Origin: Actinomycetota bacterium
GTDB lineage: Bacteria; Actinomycetota; Actinomycetes; Propionibacteriales; Propionibacteriaceae
Assembly: GCA_046735615.1 (NCBI GenBank)
Contig: JBKPTR010000075.1
Coordinates: forward strand, 1,008 to 65,007
DNA: 64,000 nt
Reading direction: 5' to 3'
The notes beneath the pieces were generated by a model, which saw only the letters and a list, made by a program, of their open reading frames with translations, was not told the DNA's origin and searched no databases. Each line of letters starts with the position of its first letter. The stretch's first letter is position 1. Below, piece after piece: positions 9,200 to 18,798 of the stretch. Both the position numbers and the translations under genes were made by a program.

Positions 9200-10528
9200 A
9201 TGAGCTCGATCTGGACGATTCGTCGCTCCGCGACTGACGTCAAGCTCACAGGCCTTTGCGGTGGCGTGGCACAGCATTGGGGGATCGATCCCGTGCTCGT
9301 CCGGGTTGGTTGGGCTTTGCTGGCACTAAGCGGCGGAATTGGCCTTGTTCTCTATCTTGCTGGCTGGTTGCTGATACCCGTCGAGGGCAGCGACAGAGCG
9401 CTGGTCGATGATCTCTTCGGTGAATCCGTCCGGCGATGGCCGAAGGAACTGTGGATCACCCTCGTGGTCGTGGTCAGCCTTGCGATGTTCGCCATCTTCG
9501 GCTGGCTCAGTCCGTTCAGCATCTGGCCCGCAGTTGTCATCGCCGTCATTTGGTACTTCGGCTTCTACAAAGGTCGCCAGAGCAAGGCAGATGGAGGGCC
9601 AGCCGCGGCACCAACCGATGATTTCGAGCCGGCGGCACCGTCCGAACCTCAGCCAGTCCGACATCCGGGACCGCCGACGCCTTTCACCGAAGCCGCCCAG
9701 GCATGGCAGCGCCGGATCGAGGAGCACATGCGTCAGGTGGCCGCAGACAGTCACACGACGGCTGCGCCGCCGGATGAGTGGCCGAGCCTTCCACCGCCAG
9801 ACAAGGCACAGCCGACATCGGATCCAGAGCCCAGCGAGCACACCGCTTTCCTGGCCCAGCCGGATCCAGTCGGCCTCTATGCCGAACCGACACCCGTGGC
9901 ACCGGTCAGGATGTCAGACACCAAGTCAGCCAAGGGACTCCGCCTGGTCTCACTGATCGTGCTCGGGCTGACCCTCTCTGGGCTCGGCGTCGTACAAGGC
10001 GTCGGCATCGCACTCCCGCTCGCGGCCTATCTTGCAGCCGCGCTACTGGTTATCGGCCTGACACTCGTCGCAGCCACGTGGCTCGGCTTGGCGCGCGGTC
10101 TACTGCCGGTCGGAGTGCTGCTCGCGATCGCTGTCTTGATCGTCACCGCTGGCGGGCCCGACCTCCGAGTACCCGTCGAGGCGACTTACAGCCGCGCCTA
10201 CAGCACGCTGGCCCAGCTTCCAGTTGCCGGCGACTCGGAGGACTTCGGCAAGCTCTCGGTCGATCTCAGCCAGCTCGCCGTTACTGCAGATGCCAGCTAC
10301 ACAGCACATGTCGATGTTGGTCAGCTCGAGGTCACGGTCCCCAAAGACGCCAATGTTGTCGTCAACTACAACGCTGACATGGGAGCGGTTCGCGCGTACG
10401 GCGACGAGGTTCAGGCGGGTTCGGAGCTCACGGGCCAAGTCACGGATCCGCAACCAGCCCAGCCCAGCCAGCGCACGTTGACGCTCAACCTCTCCGTAGA
10501 CGCCGGCAACATACAGGTGCAACGATGA
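9200..10528 (+). CDS. PspC domain membrane protein with C-terminal LiaF/DUF2154-like beta domain
   Basis: GLCGGVAQHWGIDPVLVRV PspC motif; TMs; Pro-rich linker; C-terminal VGQLEVTVP/DMGAV/VDAGNIQV repeats; start 9191 or 9200. Confidence 0.85.
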   Translation: MSSIWTIRRSATDVKLTGLCGGVAQHWGIDPVLVRVGWALLALSGGIGLVLYLAGWLLIPVEGSDRALVDDLFGESVRRWPKELWITLVVVVSLAMFAIFGWLSPFSIWPAVVIAVIWYFGFYKGRQSKADGGPAAAPTDDFEPAAPSEPQPVRHPGPPTPFTEAAQAWQRRIEEHMRQVAADSHTTAAPPDEWPSLPPPDKAQPTSDPEPSEHTAFLAQPDPVGLYAEPTPVAPVRMSDTKSAKGLRLVSLIVLGLTLSGLGVVQGVGIALPLAAYLAAALLVIGLTLVAATWLGLARGLLPVGVLLAIAVLIVTAGGPDLRVPVEATYSRAYSTLAQLPVAGDSEDFGKLSVDLSQLAVTADASYTAHVDVGQLEVTVPKDANVVVNYNADMGAVRAYGDEVQAGSELTGQVTDPQPAQPSQRTLTLNLSVDAGNIQVQR

Positions 10529-10707
10529 GAAAAACCTACGACGTCGTCGCCTTGATCTTTGGCCTCCTGTTCAGCTGCGTGGCACTCGGATCGATGTGGC
10601 TAACTTTTGTTGGACCTCTCAACTGGCAGGTGATCAGGATCGTGGCTCCGATGGGACTCGTAGCCGTTGGTGTTCTTGGCCTTGTCCTTTCCCGGAACCA
10701 TCAGTAG
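10525..10707 (+). CDS. Small two-TM protein of the PspC operon
   Basis: ATGA overlap with upstream gene; two hydrophobic helices. Confidence 0.75.
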   Translation: MRKTYDVVALIFGLLFSCVALGSMWLTFVGPLNWQVIRIVAPMGLVAVGVLGLVLSRNHQ

Positions 10708-10730
10708 CAACCCTCATCGAAAGGTGTCTC

Positions 10731-11387
10731 ATGAGCAGCCCCTACGCCCCGCAGCCGCCACGGAGGCTTGAGCGGAGCAAGTCCAACAGAGTCCTGGGCG
10801 GCGTTTGCGCAGGAGTCGCGAACTACCTGAACATGGACCCGACGCTGGTGCGGGTTCTCACGGTGGTGATCTCACTGTTCACCGGTGTCCCCGTCATCCT
10901 CTACATCATCGCCTTGTTCGTGATACCCGAAGAAGGTTCCCAGCCGGCCACCCCGACCTATCCGCCGGTGGGAGGTCCGCAGGGCCAGGCGGCGGGCTAC
11001 CGGACAGCACCGGAGCAAGCCACTGGCTACTCGACAGCACCACAAGCTGCGCGACCGGCATACACCGGATCCGGGCCAACTCAGACTCCTCAGCCACCAG
11101 CTCCCTCAGCTTCGGCCGAGGACTCCGTCTGGGGCACCGAAGGTGCGCCCTGGGAGCAGCGCCAACCTGTCCCGGAACCGACTGCGGAGTCTGAGCCAGA
11201 ACCTACGGGTCCGTCAGAGCCCGAGGCGCCGGTCGCTCCCGCCGCCCACGAGGAGGACGCCACCGAGTCAGCGCTGGAGCCTGAAGGTCCCGAGGGGCGG
11301 CCTGCAATGACCGAGAATCCTCCATCCGACCCGCAGGCCGCGACTGAATCAGAATCCGAAGGCGGTCAGCAGACGGATAAGTCCTGA
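10731..11387 (+). CDS. PspC domain protein with acidic Pro-rich disordered tail
   Basis: RSKSNRVLGGVCAGVANYLNMDPTLVRV motif; GAAAGG SD before ATG 10731. Confidence 0.88.
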   Translation: MSSPYAPQPPRRLERSKSNRVLGGVCAGVANYLNMDPTLVRVLTVVISLFTGVPVILYIIALFVIPEEGSQPATPTYPPVGGPQGQAAGYRTAPEQATGYSTAPQAARPAYTGSGPTQTPQPPAPSASAEDSVWGTEGAPWEQRQPVPEPTAESEPEPTGPSEPEAPVAPAAHEEDATESALEPEGPEGRPAMTENPPSDPQAATESESEGGQQTDKS

Positions 11388-11412
11388 CCGGCAGCCAGAT
11401 TCCGCTGCCTTG

Positions 11413-12024
11413 TCACTGGGCACCGCGGACGAGGTCGACGAAATAGCGGTGGATGCGTAGGTCGTCTGTGATCTCCGGATGAAATGAGGTCGCCATGACG
11501 TTTTCGTGCCGGACGGCGATGACCTTCGATTCGGGAAGGCCGGGCGGAACGACCGCTCCCAGGATCTCTACCCCGTTGTCGATGCTCTCCACCCAGGGTG
11601 CGCGGATGAAGACCGCATGCACCGGGCCGCCTTCGATGCCGTCAAGATCGACATCCGTCTCAAAAGACTCCACCTGACGACCGAAGGCGTTGCGTCGTAC
11701 GGTGATATCCAATGTGCCGAAGGTTTGTTGATCTTCGGTGCCGTCAAGCACCCGCTTGGCAAGCAAGATCATTCCTGCGCAGGAGCCGTACGCCGGCAGT
11801 CCGGCGCGCAGAGCAGCTGTCAGTGGCTCACGTAGCCCGAAGATCCGTGACAACTTGTCAATGGTCGTGGACTCGCCACCGGGCAGCACGATCCCATCCA
11901 GCCCGGCTAGCTCCGCGGGACGGCGTACGGGTCGGACGTCCGCGCCGCACGACGTCAGGGCACGGAGATGCTCGCGTACGTCACCTTGCAGGGCGAGGAC
12001 ACCGACAACGGGTGAGCGGCTCAC
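11413..12024 (-). CDS. pdxT: Pyridoxal 5'-phosphate synthase glutaminase subunit
   Basis: LALQGD, PGGEST, GSCAGMI, RNAFGRQ, FHPE motifs. Confidence 0.96.
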   Translation of the reverse strand: MSRSPVVGVLALQGDVREHLRALTSCGADVRPVRRPAELAGLDGIVLPGGESTTIDKLSRIFGLREPLTAALRAGLPAYGSCAGMILLAKRVLDGTEDQQTFGTLDITVRRNAFGRQVESFETDVDLDGIEGGPVHAVFIRAPWVESIDNGVEILGAVVPPGLPESKVIAVRHENVMATSFHPEITDDLRIHRYFVDLVRGAQ

Positions 12025-12935
12025 CAGCCGCGTTGAGCGAGACGATGTGGCTGCGGGATGTCATCGACATTGATGCCCACCATCGCCTCGCCGAGCCCGC
12101 GCGAGACCTTCGCGATCACATCAGGATCGTCGTAGAAGGTCGTCGCCTTGACAATGGCAGCCGCCCGCTCGGTTGGGTTGCCAGATTTGAAGATTCCGGA
12201 GCCGACGAAGACACCTTCAGCGCCCAGTTGCATCATCATGGCGGCGTCGGCTGGGGTCGCGATGCCGCCGGCTGTGAAGAGTACGACTGGCAGCTTGCCC
12301 AACCGCGCGACCTCGGCAACCAGCTCGTAAGGTGCCCGTAGCTCCTTGGCAGCTGCGAACAGCTCATCGGGAGCCATGGTGGTCAGGCGCGCTATCTCGG
12401 CACGAATCTGACGCATGTGGGTGACGGCGTTGGAGACGTCGCCCGTACCGGCCTCGCCCTTGGAGCGAATCATCGCCGCGCCCTCCGTGATCCGGCGCAG
12501 TGCCTCGCCAAGATTGGTGGCACCGCAGACGAACGGCACCGTGAACCGCCATTTGTCGATGTGGTTCGCGTAGTCGGCCGGGGTAAGCACTTCGGATTCG
12601 TCGATGTAGTCGACACCAAGCGATTGCAGCACCTGGGCCTCGACGAAATGCCCGATCCGGGCTTTGGCCATGACCGGAATGGAAACGGCCGCGATGATGC
12701 CGTCAATCATGTCCGGATCGCTCATTCGTGAGACACCGCCTTGGGCGCGGATGTCGGCAGGCACGCGCTCCAATGCCATCACCGCAACCGCGCCTGCGTC
12801 TTCAGCGATCTTCGCCTGCTCCGGAGTGACGACATCCATGATCACTCCGCCCTTGAGCATCTCGGCCATGCCGCGCTTGACGCGGGCGGTGCCGATCAGG
12901 CTGGTAGGCGTGGTGGGGCTGGTGATCTCGGACAC
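12021..12935 (-). CDS. pdxS: Pyridoxal 5'-phosphate synthase lyase subunit
   Basis: [31 protein letters not shown] motifs; start 12935 or 12941. Confidence 0.96.
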   Translation of the reverse strand: MSEITSPTTPTSLIGTARVKRGMAEMLKGGVIMDVVTPEQAKIAEDAGAVAVMALERVPADIRAQGGVSRMSDPDMIDGIIAAVSIPVMAKARIGHFVEAQVLQSLGVDYIDESEVLTPADYANHIDKWRFTVPFVCGATNLGEALRRITEGAAMIRSKGEAGTGDVSNAVTHMRQIRAEIARLTTMAPDELFAAAKELRAPYELVAEVARLGKLPVVLFTAGGIATPADAAMMMQLGAEGVFVGSGIFKSGNPTERAAAIVKATTFYDDPDVIAKVSRGLGEAMVGINVDDIPQPHRLAQRGW

Positions 12936-13073
12936 GGTCAAATCCCTCTTGCTTGCGGTGTTTCGCGACGGAGCCTGCTGCGGCGCAGATCGCTCGCAAC
13001 GAAGCTTTCGTCCCTCAGTCTAGGTGCGCCTCGGAGGGCGTCGACCTGGTTTCTCGTGAGCGGACGAGGCCAC

Positions 13074-14633
13074 CTATTCCCACTCGATGGTGGCCGGCGG
13101 TTTGCTCGTGATGTCCAGGACGACCCGGTTCACCTGGTCCACCTCGTTGGTGATCCTGGTGCTGATTCTTTCCAGCAGCTCGTACGGCAGCCGGCCCCAG
13201 TCTGCTGTCATCGCGTCCTCGCTTGTCACCGGGCGGAGCACGATGGGATGCCCGTACGTCCGGCCGTCGCCTTGTACCCCAACCGAACGGGTGTCGGCGA
13301 GCAGTATGACCGGAAACTGCCAGATGTTGCGATCCAGCCCCGCCGCTGTCAGCTCAGCTCGAGCGATCGCGTCAGCCTCTCGCAAGACGGCGAGCCGCTC
13401 TCTGGTGACCTCTCCGATGATCCTGATCGCCAGCCCCGGGCCGGGGAACGGATGCCGCCAGACGATCCCGGGTGGCAGCCCGAGCTGTACACCCACCGCC
13501 CGTACCTCGTCCTTGAACAGCGTGCGCAGCGGCTCCACCAGTTGGAACTGCAGGTCGTGTGGCAGGCCGCCGACATTGTGATGACTCTTGATGTTGGCCG
13601 CGCCCTCACCGCCACCGGATTCCACCACGTCGGGATAGAGCGTGCCCTGCACGAGGAACTCGACCTCACCGGCCACGCCGACGACCTCACGAGCCGCCGC
13701 CTCGAAGGTCCGGATGAACTCCCGGCCGATGATCTTGCGCTTCTCTTCCGGGTCCGCCACTGCGGACAGCGCGGAGAGGAACTGCGCCGATGCGTCGACA
13801 ACCTTGAGGTCGACCCCGGTGGCGGCTACGTAGTCCCGTTCGACCTGCTCGGCTTCCCCCTTCCGCAGCAGCCCATGATCGACGAAGACACAGGTCAATT
13901 GGCTACCGACGGCGCGCTGCACCAGAGCAGCCGCCACCGCGGAGTCGACTCCACCAGACAGCCCGCAGATGATGTGCTTGCCGCCGACCTGGTGCTGAAT
14001 GGCCTGCACGGACTCCTCGACGATATTGGCCGGAGTCCAGTCCGGAGTACATCCGGCGATGGCGTACAAGAAGTGCTCCAGCACCCGTTGGCCATGCTCG
14101 GTGTGCAATACCTCCGGGTGCCACTGGACGCCGGCAAGGCGCCGGTCGACATCCTCGAACGCGGCAACGGTCGCCCTCGGTGAACTGGCGGTCACCTGGA
14201 ATCCGGGTGGTGCTGCGATCACCTCATCACCGTGGGACATCCATGCGCTCACTGTGGAGGGCAGGCCAGCGAGCAGGACGCCGGAGTCGGTCACATTGAC
14301 CGCCGTTCGGCCGAATTCCCGCATACCGGTGCGAGCGACTGATCCTCCGAGCACCTGTGCCATCGCCATGAAGCCGTAGCAAATACCGAGTACTGGGGTG
14401 CCGCCGCGAACCAGCGCCGCGTCGAGTTGCGGCGCTCCCGGCTCGTAGACCGAGGAGGGGCCCCCGGACAGAATGATCGCCTTGGGCTTCCGTGCCAGGA
14501 TCTCCGACGCCGAGGCAGTGTGCGGCATGATCTCGGAGTAGACCTTCGCCTCACGTACCCGACGGGCGATCAGCTGCGCGTACTGGGCCCCGAAGTCGAC
14601 GACCACCACCAGATCGTGGTCTCGCTGGCTCAT
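13074..14633 (-). CDS. guaA: GMP synthase (glutamine-hydrolyzing)
   Basis: [31 protein letters not shown]. Confidence 0.97.
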   Translation of the reverse strand: MSQRDHDLVVVVDFGAQYAQLIARRVREAKVYSEIMPHTASASEILARKPKAIILSGGPSSVYEPGAPQLDAALVRGGTPVLGICYGFMAMAQVLGGSVARTGMREFGRTAVNVTDSGVLLAGLPSTVSAWMSHGDEVIAAPPGFQVTASSPRATVAAFEDVDRRLAGVQWHPEVLHTEHGQRVLEHFLYAIAGCTPDWTPANIVEESVQAIQHQVGGKHIICGLSGGVDSAVAAALVQRAVGSQLTCVFVDHGLLRKGEAEQVERDYVAATGVDLKVVDASAQFLSALSAVADPEEKRKIIGREFIRTFEAAAREVVGVAGEVEFLVQGTLYPDVVESGGGEGAANIKSHHNVGGLPHDLQFQLVEPLRTLFKDEVRAVGVQLGLPPGIVWRHPFPGPGLAIRIIGEVTRERLAVLREADAIARAELTAAGLDRNIWQFPVILLADTRSVGVQGDGRTYGHPIVLRPVTSEDAMTADWGRLPYELLERISTRITNEVDQVNRVVLDITSKPPATIEWE

Positions 14634-14822
14634 CTCGCGTCCTCTCCCCCGATCAGCTTCTGAAGCGACGAGTCTATGACTTTCGACTGCGGCTTATCGG
14701 CCTCTCGATGGTCCAAAAACGTCCTTCTGATCGAGCGAAGTACGGCCACGCAGGCTCCATGCTCGGAGCTGCGAGTGCATTCCCAGGTCGGAAGCGCCGA
14801 TCGGTGATGGCGAGCGCTGGCT

Positions 14823-16370
14823 CTACGCTCTGCCGGCCTTTTTCATTACGCGCAGCATTTGGGTCATGACCGAGGTGAAGGACTTGCCGTCGAGACCATG
14901 ACTGGGGGCGAGCGGGATACCGGCCTGCGTGGCCACTGACTGGACGTCGACGAACCGGCGGATCCCGTCTTGTCCCTGGCGCCGGCCGAGTCCGGAGTTT
15001 TTCATCCCGCCCAAGGGCGCGTCGATGCTGCCGAAGGTCGCCGCGAAGCCCTCATTGACGTTCACAGTGCCACATTTGATCTTGCTCGCCACGCGGCGTC
15101 CGCGATCATGGTCGGAGGTCCAGATGCTGGCATTGAGGCCATAGTCGGAGTCGTTGGCGCGCGCAATCGCCTCCGCCTCGTCAGCGACCGGATAGACGCT
15201 GACGACCGGGCCGAATGTCTCCTCGGCGTAGCACTCCATTTCCGGCGTCACGCCCGTCAAGATCGTCGGCTCGTAGAACAGTTCGCCGAGGTCCTCGCGC
15301 CGCCGCCCGCCAGTCAGCACCTTGGCACCTTTGGCCCGGGCATCCTCGACGTGGGCGGAGACCCGGTTCAGCTGGGAGCGGTTGATCAAGCTGCCCATGT
15401 CGTGCTCGAAGTCAGGCGCATTGCCCATGCGAATCGTCTCTGTCCGGGCGACGAAGGCGCGCGTGAACGGCTCGAAGAGGGGCTCAGCGACATATATGCG
15501 CTCGGTAGAGACGCATAGCTGACCGGAGTTGGAGAACGACGCTCGTACTGCGCCCTCTGCCGCAGCCTCGACATCTGCGTCGTCCAAGATCAACAGCGGG
15601 TTCTTGCCCCCCAACTCGAGCGAGCACCCGATCAGCCGCTCGGCGCAGCGGGCAGCGATCATACGTCCCGTGGCAGTCGACCCGGTAAAGCACACATAGT
15701 CGCTGACGTCGATCAGCTCACGTCCCACCACAGCGCCACGCCCGTGCACCACCTGCCATAAGTCGGCTGGTAGCCCGGTGGTGCGAAGCAGTTCCACTGC
15801 CGCCAGCGCAACCAGCGGAGTGTGGTGATCAGGTTTGAGCATGATGGCGTTGCCGGCGACCAGCGCTGCCAGCCCGTCAGAGATCGCCATAGTCAAGGGA
15901 TAGTTCCACGGTCCGATGACACCGACGAGGCCCTTCGGCAGGTAGTTCCGGTCGACTCGGGTCAGCAGTGGCAAGACTCCCTCGCCGCGCTCGGAGCGCA
16001 AGTATCGACGCGCCGTGCGTCCGTAGTAACGCGCGGTGAGCGCAACGTGCAGGACTTCTTCAGCTGCACTCAGCCGCGCCTTTCCCACCGTTTGCAGCAG
16101 ATCAATGAAGTAGTCACGGCGATCCAGGAGATGATCATGAAAATCGAGGAGCAGCCGAGCACGCTCGTCGATTGACCGAGCGGCCCATTCCGCCTGGGCT
16201 CGGTGGCCGAGCTGGGCGCCGACCTCGACATCAGCGGCTGTGGAGGTCGGTAGCTCACCTACTACTTCACCCGTGACCGGCGAGCGGAGCTCCATGGCCG
16301 GGCCGGTTGCGGTGAGCAGCCCTCGAAGCCGTACCAAGTCTGAGGAGGAAAGAACTGCTGCCTCGGTCAT
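14823..16370 (-). CDS. Succinate-semialdehyde dehydrogenase-like aldehyde dehydrogenase
   Basis: PWNYP, FTGST, LELGGKNP, GQLC, EETFGP; ATG 16370 with TACTCT -10 box; the longer upstream ORF frame runs through repeat DNA. Confidence 0.88.
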   Translation of the reverse strand: MTEAAVLSSSDLVRLRGLLTATGPAMELRSPVTGEVVGELPTSTAADVEVGAQLGHRAQAEWAARSIDERARLLLDFHDHLLDRRDYFIDLLQTVGKARLSAAEEVLHVALTARYYGRTARRYLRSERGEGVLPLLTRVDRNYLPKGLVGVIGPWNYPLTMAISDGLAALVAGNAIMLKPDHHTPLVALAAVELLRTTGLPADLWQVVHGRGAVVGRELIDVSDYVCFTGSTATGRMIAARCAERLIGCSLELGGKNPLLILDDADVEAAAEGAVRASFSNSGQLCVSTERIYVAEPLFEPFTRAFVARTETIRMGNAPDFEHDMGSLINRSQLNRVSAHVEDARAKGAKVLTGGRRREDLGELFYEPTILTGVTPEMECYAEETFGPVVSVYPVADEAEAIARANDSDYGLNASIWTSDHDRGRRVASKIKCGTVNVNEGFAATFGSIDAPLGGMKNSGLGRRQGQDGIRRFVDVQSVATQAGIPLAPSHGLDGKSFTSVMTQMLRVMKKAGRA

Positions 16371-16394
16371 GGGCCCCAGAGTAGTGGCGCCGCT

Positions 16395-16670
16395 GCTCGC
16401 GAGCGTCGGTAGCGCGCGCGGCGCTCTAAGCCGCGAGCGTCGGAAAGTCGCGCTCCGCCGTGCTGAGGAGGAGTAGGGGAGGCGTTCTTCCTCCGCGAAC
16501 GATGACGAAGTAGGCGGATTCCACGCGCGACTGCGCGAGCGGCTCAACACTGGACGAGCGAACGAGCATGCGATGTCGCATCGGAATCAGCGAGCTTGTT
16601 CGGGCCAGCTCAACGCAAGCGAGAGCGCGAGGAAGACGGCGCCTCTCAAGCGCGCGATGCGCGAGCGAAC
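16395..16670 (+). repeat. Outer (long-variant) copy of the nested-hairpin element, interrupted by a second copy
   Basis: Left end gctcgc GAGCGTCGGTA gcgcgcg cggcgc (16395-16424); right end cgcgcgat GCGCGA gcgaac (16651-16670); tggacgagcgaacgagca module shared with copies at 37571 and 60579. Confidence 0.6.
16429..16544 (+). repeat. Full 116-bp copy of the nested-hairpin element
   Basis: agccgc/gcggct, agtcgcgc/gcgcgact, ccgcc/ggcgg, ggagg/cctcc stems; loops GAGCGTCGGAA and GCGCGA. Confidence 0.88.
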
Positions 16671-16701
16671 ACAAAAGGGTTCGGGTGGCAGCATTCGGTC
16701 T

Positions 16702-18363
16702 ATGGACTGTGACGTCATCGTGGTCGGCGCCGGGCTGTCTGGTCTGGTCGTCGCTCACGAGCTGGCAGCGGCCGATCGGTCGGTGATCATGCTGGACGCC
16801 GAGCCACTCGAGTCAATCGGCGGCCAGGCGTTCTGGTCGCTCGGCGGGCTCTTCATGGTGAACTCGCCGGAGCAGCGGCGGCTGCGGATCCACGACTCGG
16901 AGGAGCTGGCGCTGGCTGACTGGTCGGGAAGCGCCGGCTTCGACAGGCTGGAGGACTACTGGCCGCGACGCTGGGCTGAGGCGTACGTCCACTTCGCAGC
17001 CGGCGAGCAGCGCCGGTGGCTCCATGACATGGGCATCGGCTGGTTCCCGCTCGTGCAATGGGCCGAGCGAGGCGGTTACGCAACTCCAGGACACGGGAAC
17101 TCGGTTCCCCGTTTCCATATCACATGGGGCACCGGTCCTGCGTTGGTTGAACCCTTCGCCAATGCCGTCATGCAGTCGAAGTGGGTACGGATCCGATCGC
17201 GACACCAGGTCACCTCGCTGCAGGCCGACGGCTCCGGCGTAGAGGTGTCGGGAAGGGTCCTGGAGGCCGCCGACCTGCCCCGGGGGGTACAGACATCGCG
17301 AAACATCGTCGGGGAATTCACATACTCGGCCCAGGCCGTCGTGGTAGCCAGTGGCGGGATCGGTGGAAACTTCGACCTCATCAGGCAAAACTGGCCGGTC
17401 GGATGGGGCTTACCGCCACAGCACATGATCGCCGGCGTACCCGACTATGTTGACGGGTCGATGCTCAAGATCACTGAGGCAGCGGGTGGTCGGGTGATCA
17501 ATCCCGATCGTATGTGGCACTATCCCGAGGGGATCGTGAATCACTCCCCCATCTGGAGCCACCACGGTGTTCGCATCCTCCCCGGGCCGTCGTCATTGTG
17601 GTTGGATGCCCGCGGGCAACGCTTTCCGGTGCCGCTTTTTCCGGGATTCGATTCGCTCGGCGCACTGCGGCATGTGATCAACAGCGGCTACGACTACTCA
17701 TGGTTCGTGCTGGACCAGGCCACGGTGTCGGCTGAGATCGCGCTCTCCGGATCAGAGCAGAACGGCGATCTGACCGGCAAGAACCTGCGACTGCTGGCCG
17801 GTCGCTTACGACCCGGGCCGACGCCAGAGGTGCGGGAGTTCCAAGAGCGCGGCGTGGACTTCGTCTCGGCTAGATCGGTGTTGGAGCTGGCCGCTCAAAT
17901 GAATCAGCTGGTTGGTGAGCATCTCATCGACGGCGAGGCACTCCGGCAGGTGATTGAGGCGCGCGATCTGCAGGTGCGAAGCGGACTTGGGAAGGATCCG
18001 CAGGTGGTAGCCACGGCCGCCGCTCGGCGGTTCCTCGGTGATCGGCTGTTGCGGGTAGTGACGCCGCATACGCTGCTCGATCCGAAGGCTCCTGGGACCG
18101 GCCGCGCAGGATCCGGAGGTCCGCTGGTCGCGATCCGGCTGCACGTGCTGACCCGTAAGACCCTCGGCGGGCTGGAGACCGACCTCGACGGACGTGTCCT
18201 ACGGGTGGGCGGTTCAGCGCTTCCGGGTGTGTACGCGGCAGGCGAGGCGGCTGGCTTCGGCGGTGGAGGCCTCCACGGATACCGCGCTCTTGAAGGCACC
18301 TTTCTGGGCGGCTGTTTGTTCTCGGGTCGCACCGCCGGCCGAGCCCTGGCCAGCAGTCTCTGA
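16702..18363 (+). CDS. FAD-binding dehydrogenase (KsdD-like putative dehydrogenase family)
   Basis: VVGAGLSG Rossmann motif; GGQAFWSLGGL, GNSVPRFHITWGTG, LTRKTLGGL, LEGTFLGGCLFSG. Confidence 0.88.
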   Translation: MDCDVIVVGAGLSGLVVAHELAAADRSVIMLDAEPLESIGGQAFWSLGGLFMVNSPEQRRLRIHDSEELALADWSGSAGFDRLEDYWPRRWAEAYVHFAAGEQRRWLHDMGIGWFPLVQWAERGGYATPGHGNSVPRFHITWGTGPALVEPFANAVMQSKWVRIRSRHQVTSLQADGSGVEVSGRVLEAADLPRGVQTSRNIVGEFTYSAQAVVVASGGIGGNFDLIRQNWPVGWGLPPQHMIAGVPDYVDGSMLKITEAAGGRVINPDRMWHYPEGIVNHSPIWSHHGVRILPGPSSLWLDARGQRFPVPLFPGFDSLGALRHVINSGYDYSWFVLDQATVSAEIALSGSEQNGDLTGKNLRLLAGRLRPGPTPEVREFQERGVDFVSARSVLELAAQMNQLVGEHLIDGEALRQVIEARDLQVRSGLGKDPQVVATAAARRFLGDRLLRVVTPHTLLDPKAPGTGRAGSGGPLVAIRLHVLTRKTLGGLETDLDGRVLRVGGSALPGVYAAGEAAGFGGGGLHGYRALEGTFLGGCLFSGRTAGRALASSL

Positions 18364-18413
18364 ACTACTGGCACTAGTGGTCACTTGCCGGGTCCCGATG
18401 GGAAACGTACGCC

Positions 18414-18722
18414 TCAGGGATCGCCGGAGTTGCTCCGGCTCATGGCCGCCTCATGGTGGCGTACCACTTCAGCAACGACAAAGTTCAGGAATTTCTCCGC
18501 GAACTCGGGATCAAGCCGGGCATCCTCGGCCAGCGCACGCAGTCGCTCGATCTGCTGGGCCTCGCGCACCGGATCGGCGGGCGGCAGGCCATGCGCGGCC
18601 TTGAGCTCACCTACCTGCTGGGTGATCTTGAATCGCTCCGCCAAAAGGTGAACGAGGGCCGCGTCCATGTTGTCGATGCTCATCCGCAGCCGCAGCAACT
18701 CCTCGGCGACCGGGTCAACCAT
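18414..18722 (-). CDS. Chorismate mutase (AroQ/type II)
   Basis: LRMSIDNMDAALVHLLAERF...DPVRE motif. Confidence 0.9.
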   Translation of the reverse strand: MVDPVAEELLRLRMSIDNMDAALVHLLAERFKITQQVGELKAAHGLPPADPVREAQQIERLRALAEDARLDPEFAEKFLNFVVAEVVRHHEAAMSRSNSGDP

Positions 18723-18798
18723 GGCGCTCAGCCTAGCCAGTGGGACTCTCCTCAGGTCTCTTCGTCCACCGCACTGAAGCCGGGCGTGGTCCGGTGTC

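Noticed and set aside
12949-12999. Possible highly degenerate remnant of the nested-hairpin element (ttgc ttgcg ... cgctc gcaa)
   Set aside because: Only the termini match, over a few bases; not enough to call.
14700-14822. Possible riboswitch or repeat remnant upstream of guaA
   Set aside because: No purine or ZTP aptamer consensus recognised; only a short gctgcgag..gtcggaa similarity to the repeat.
16371-16701. N-terminal extensions of the two dehydrogenase ORFs (also the 53610-54131 extension and the ORFs at 60562-60768 and 43503-43823)
   Set aside because: They translate repeat DNA or antisense coding DNA; better downstream starts exist.
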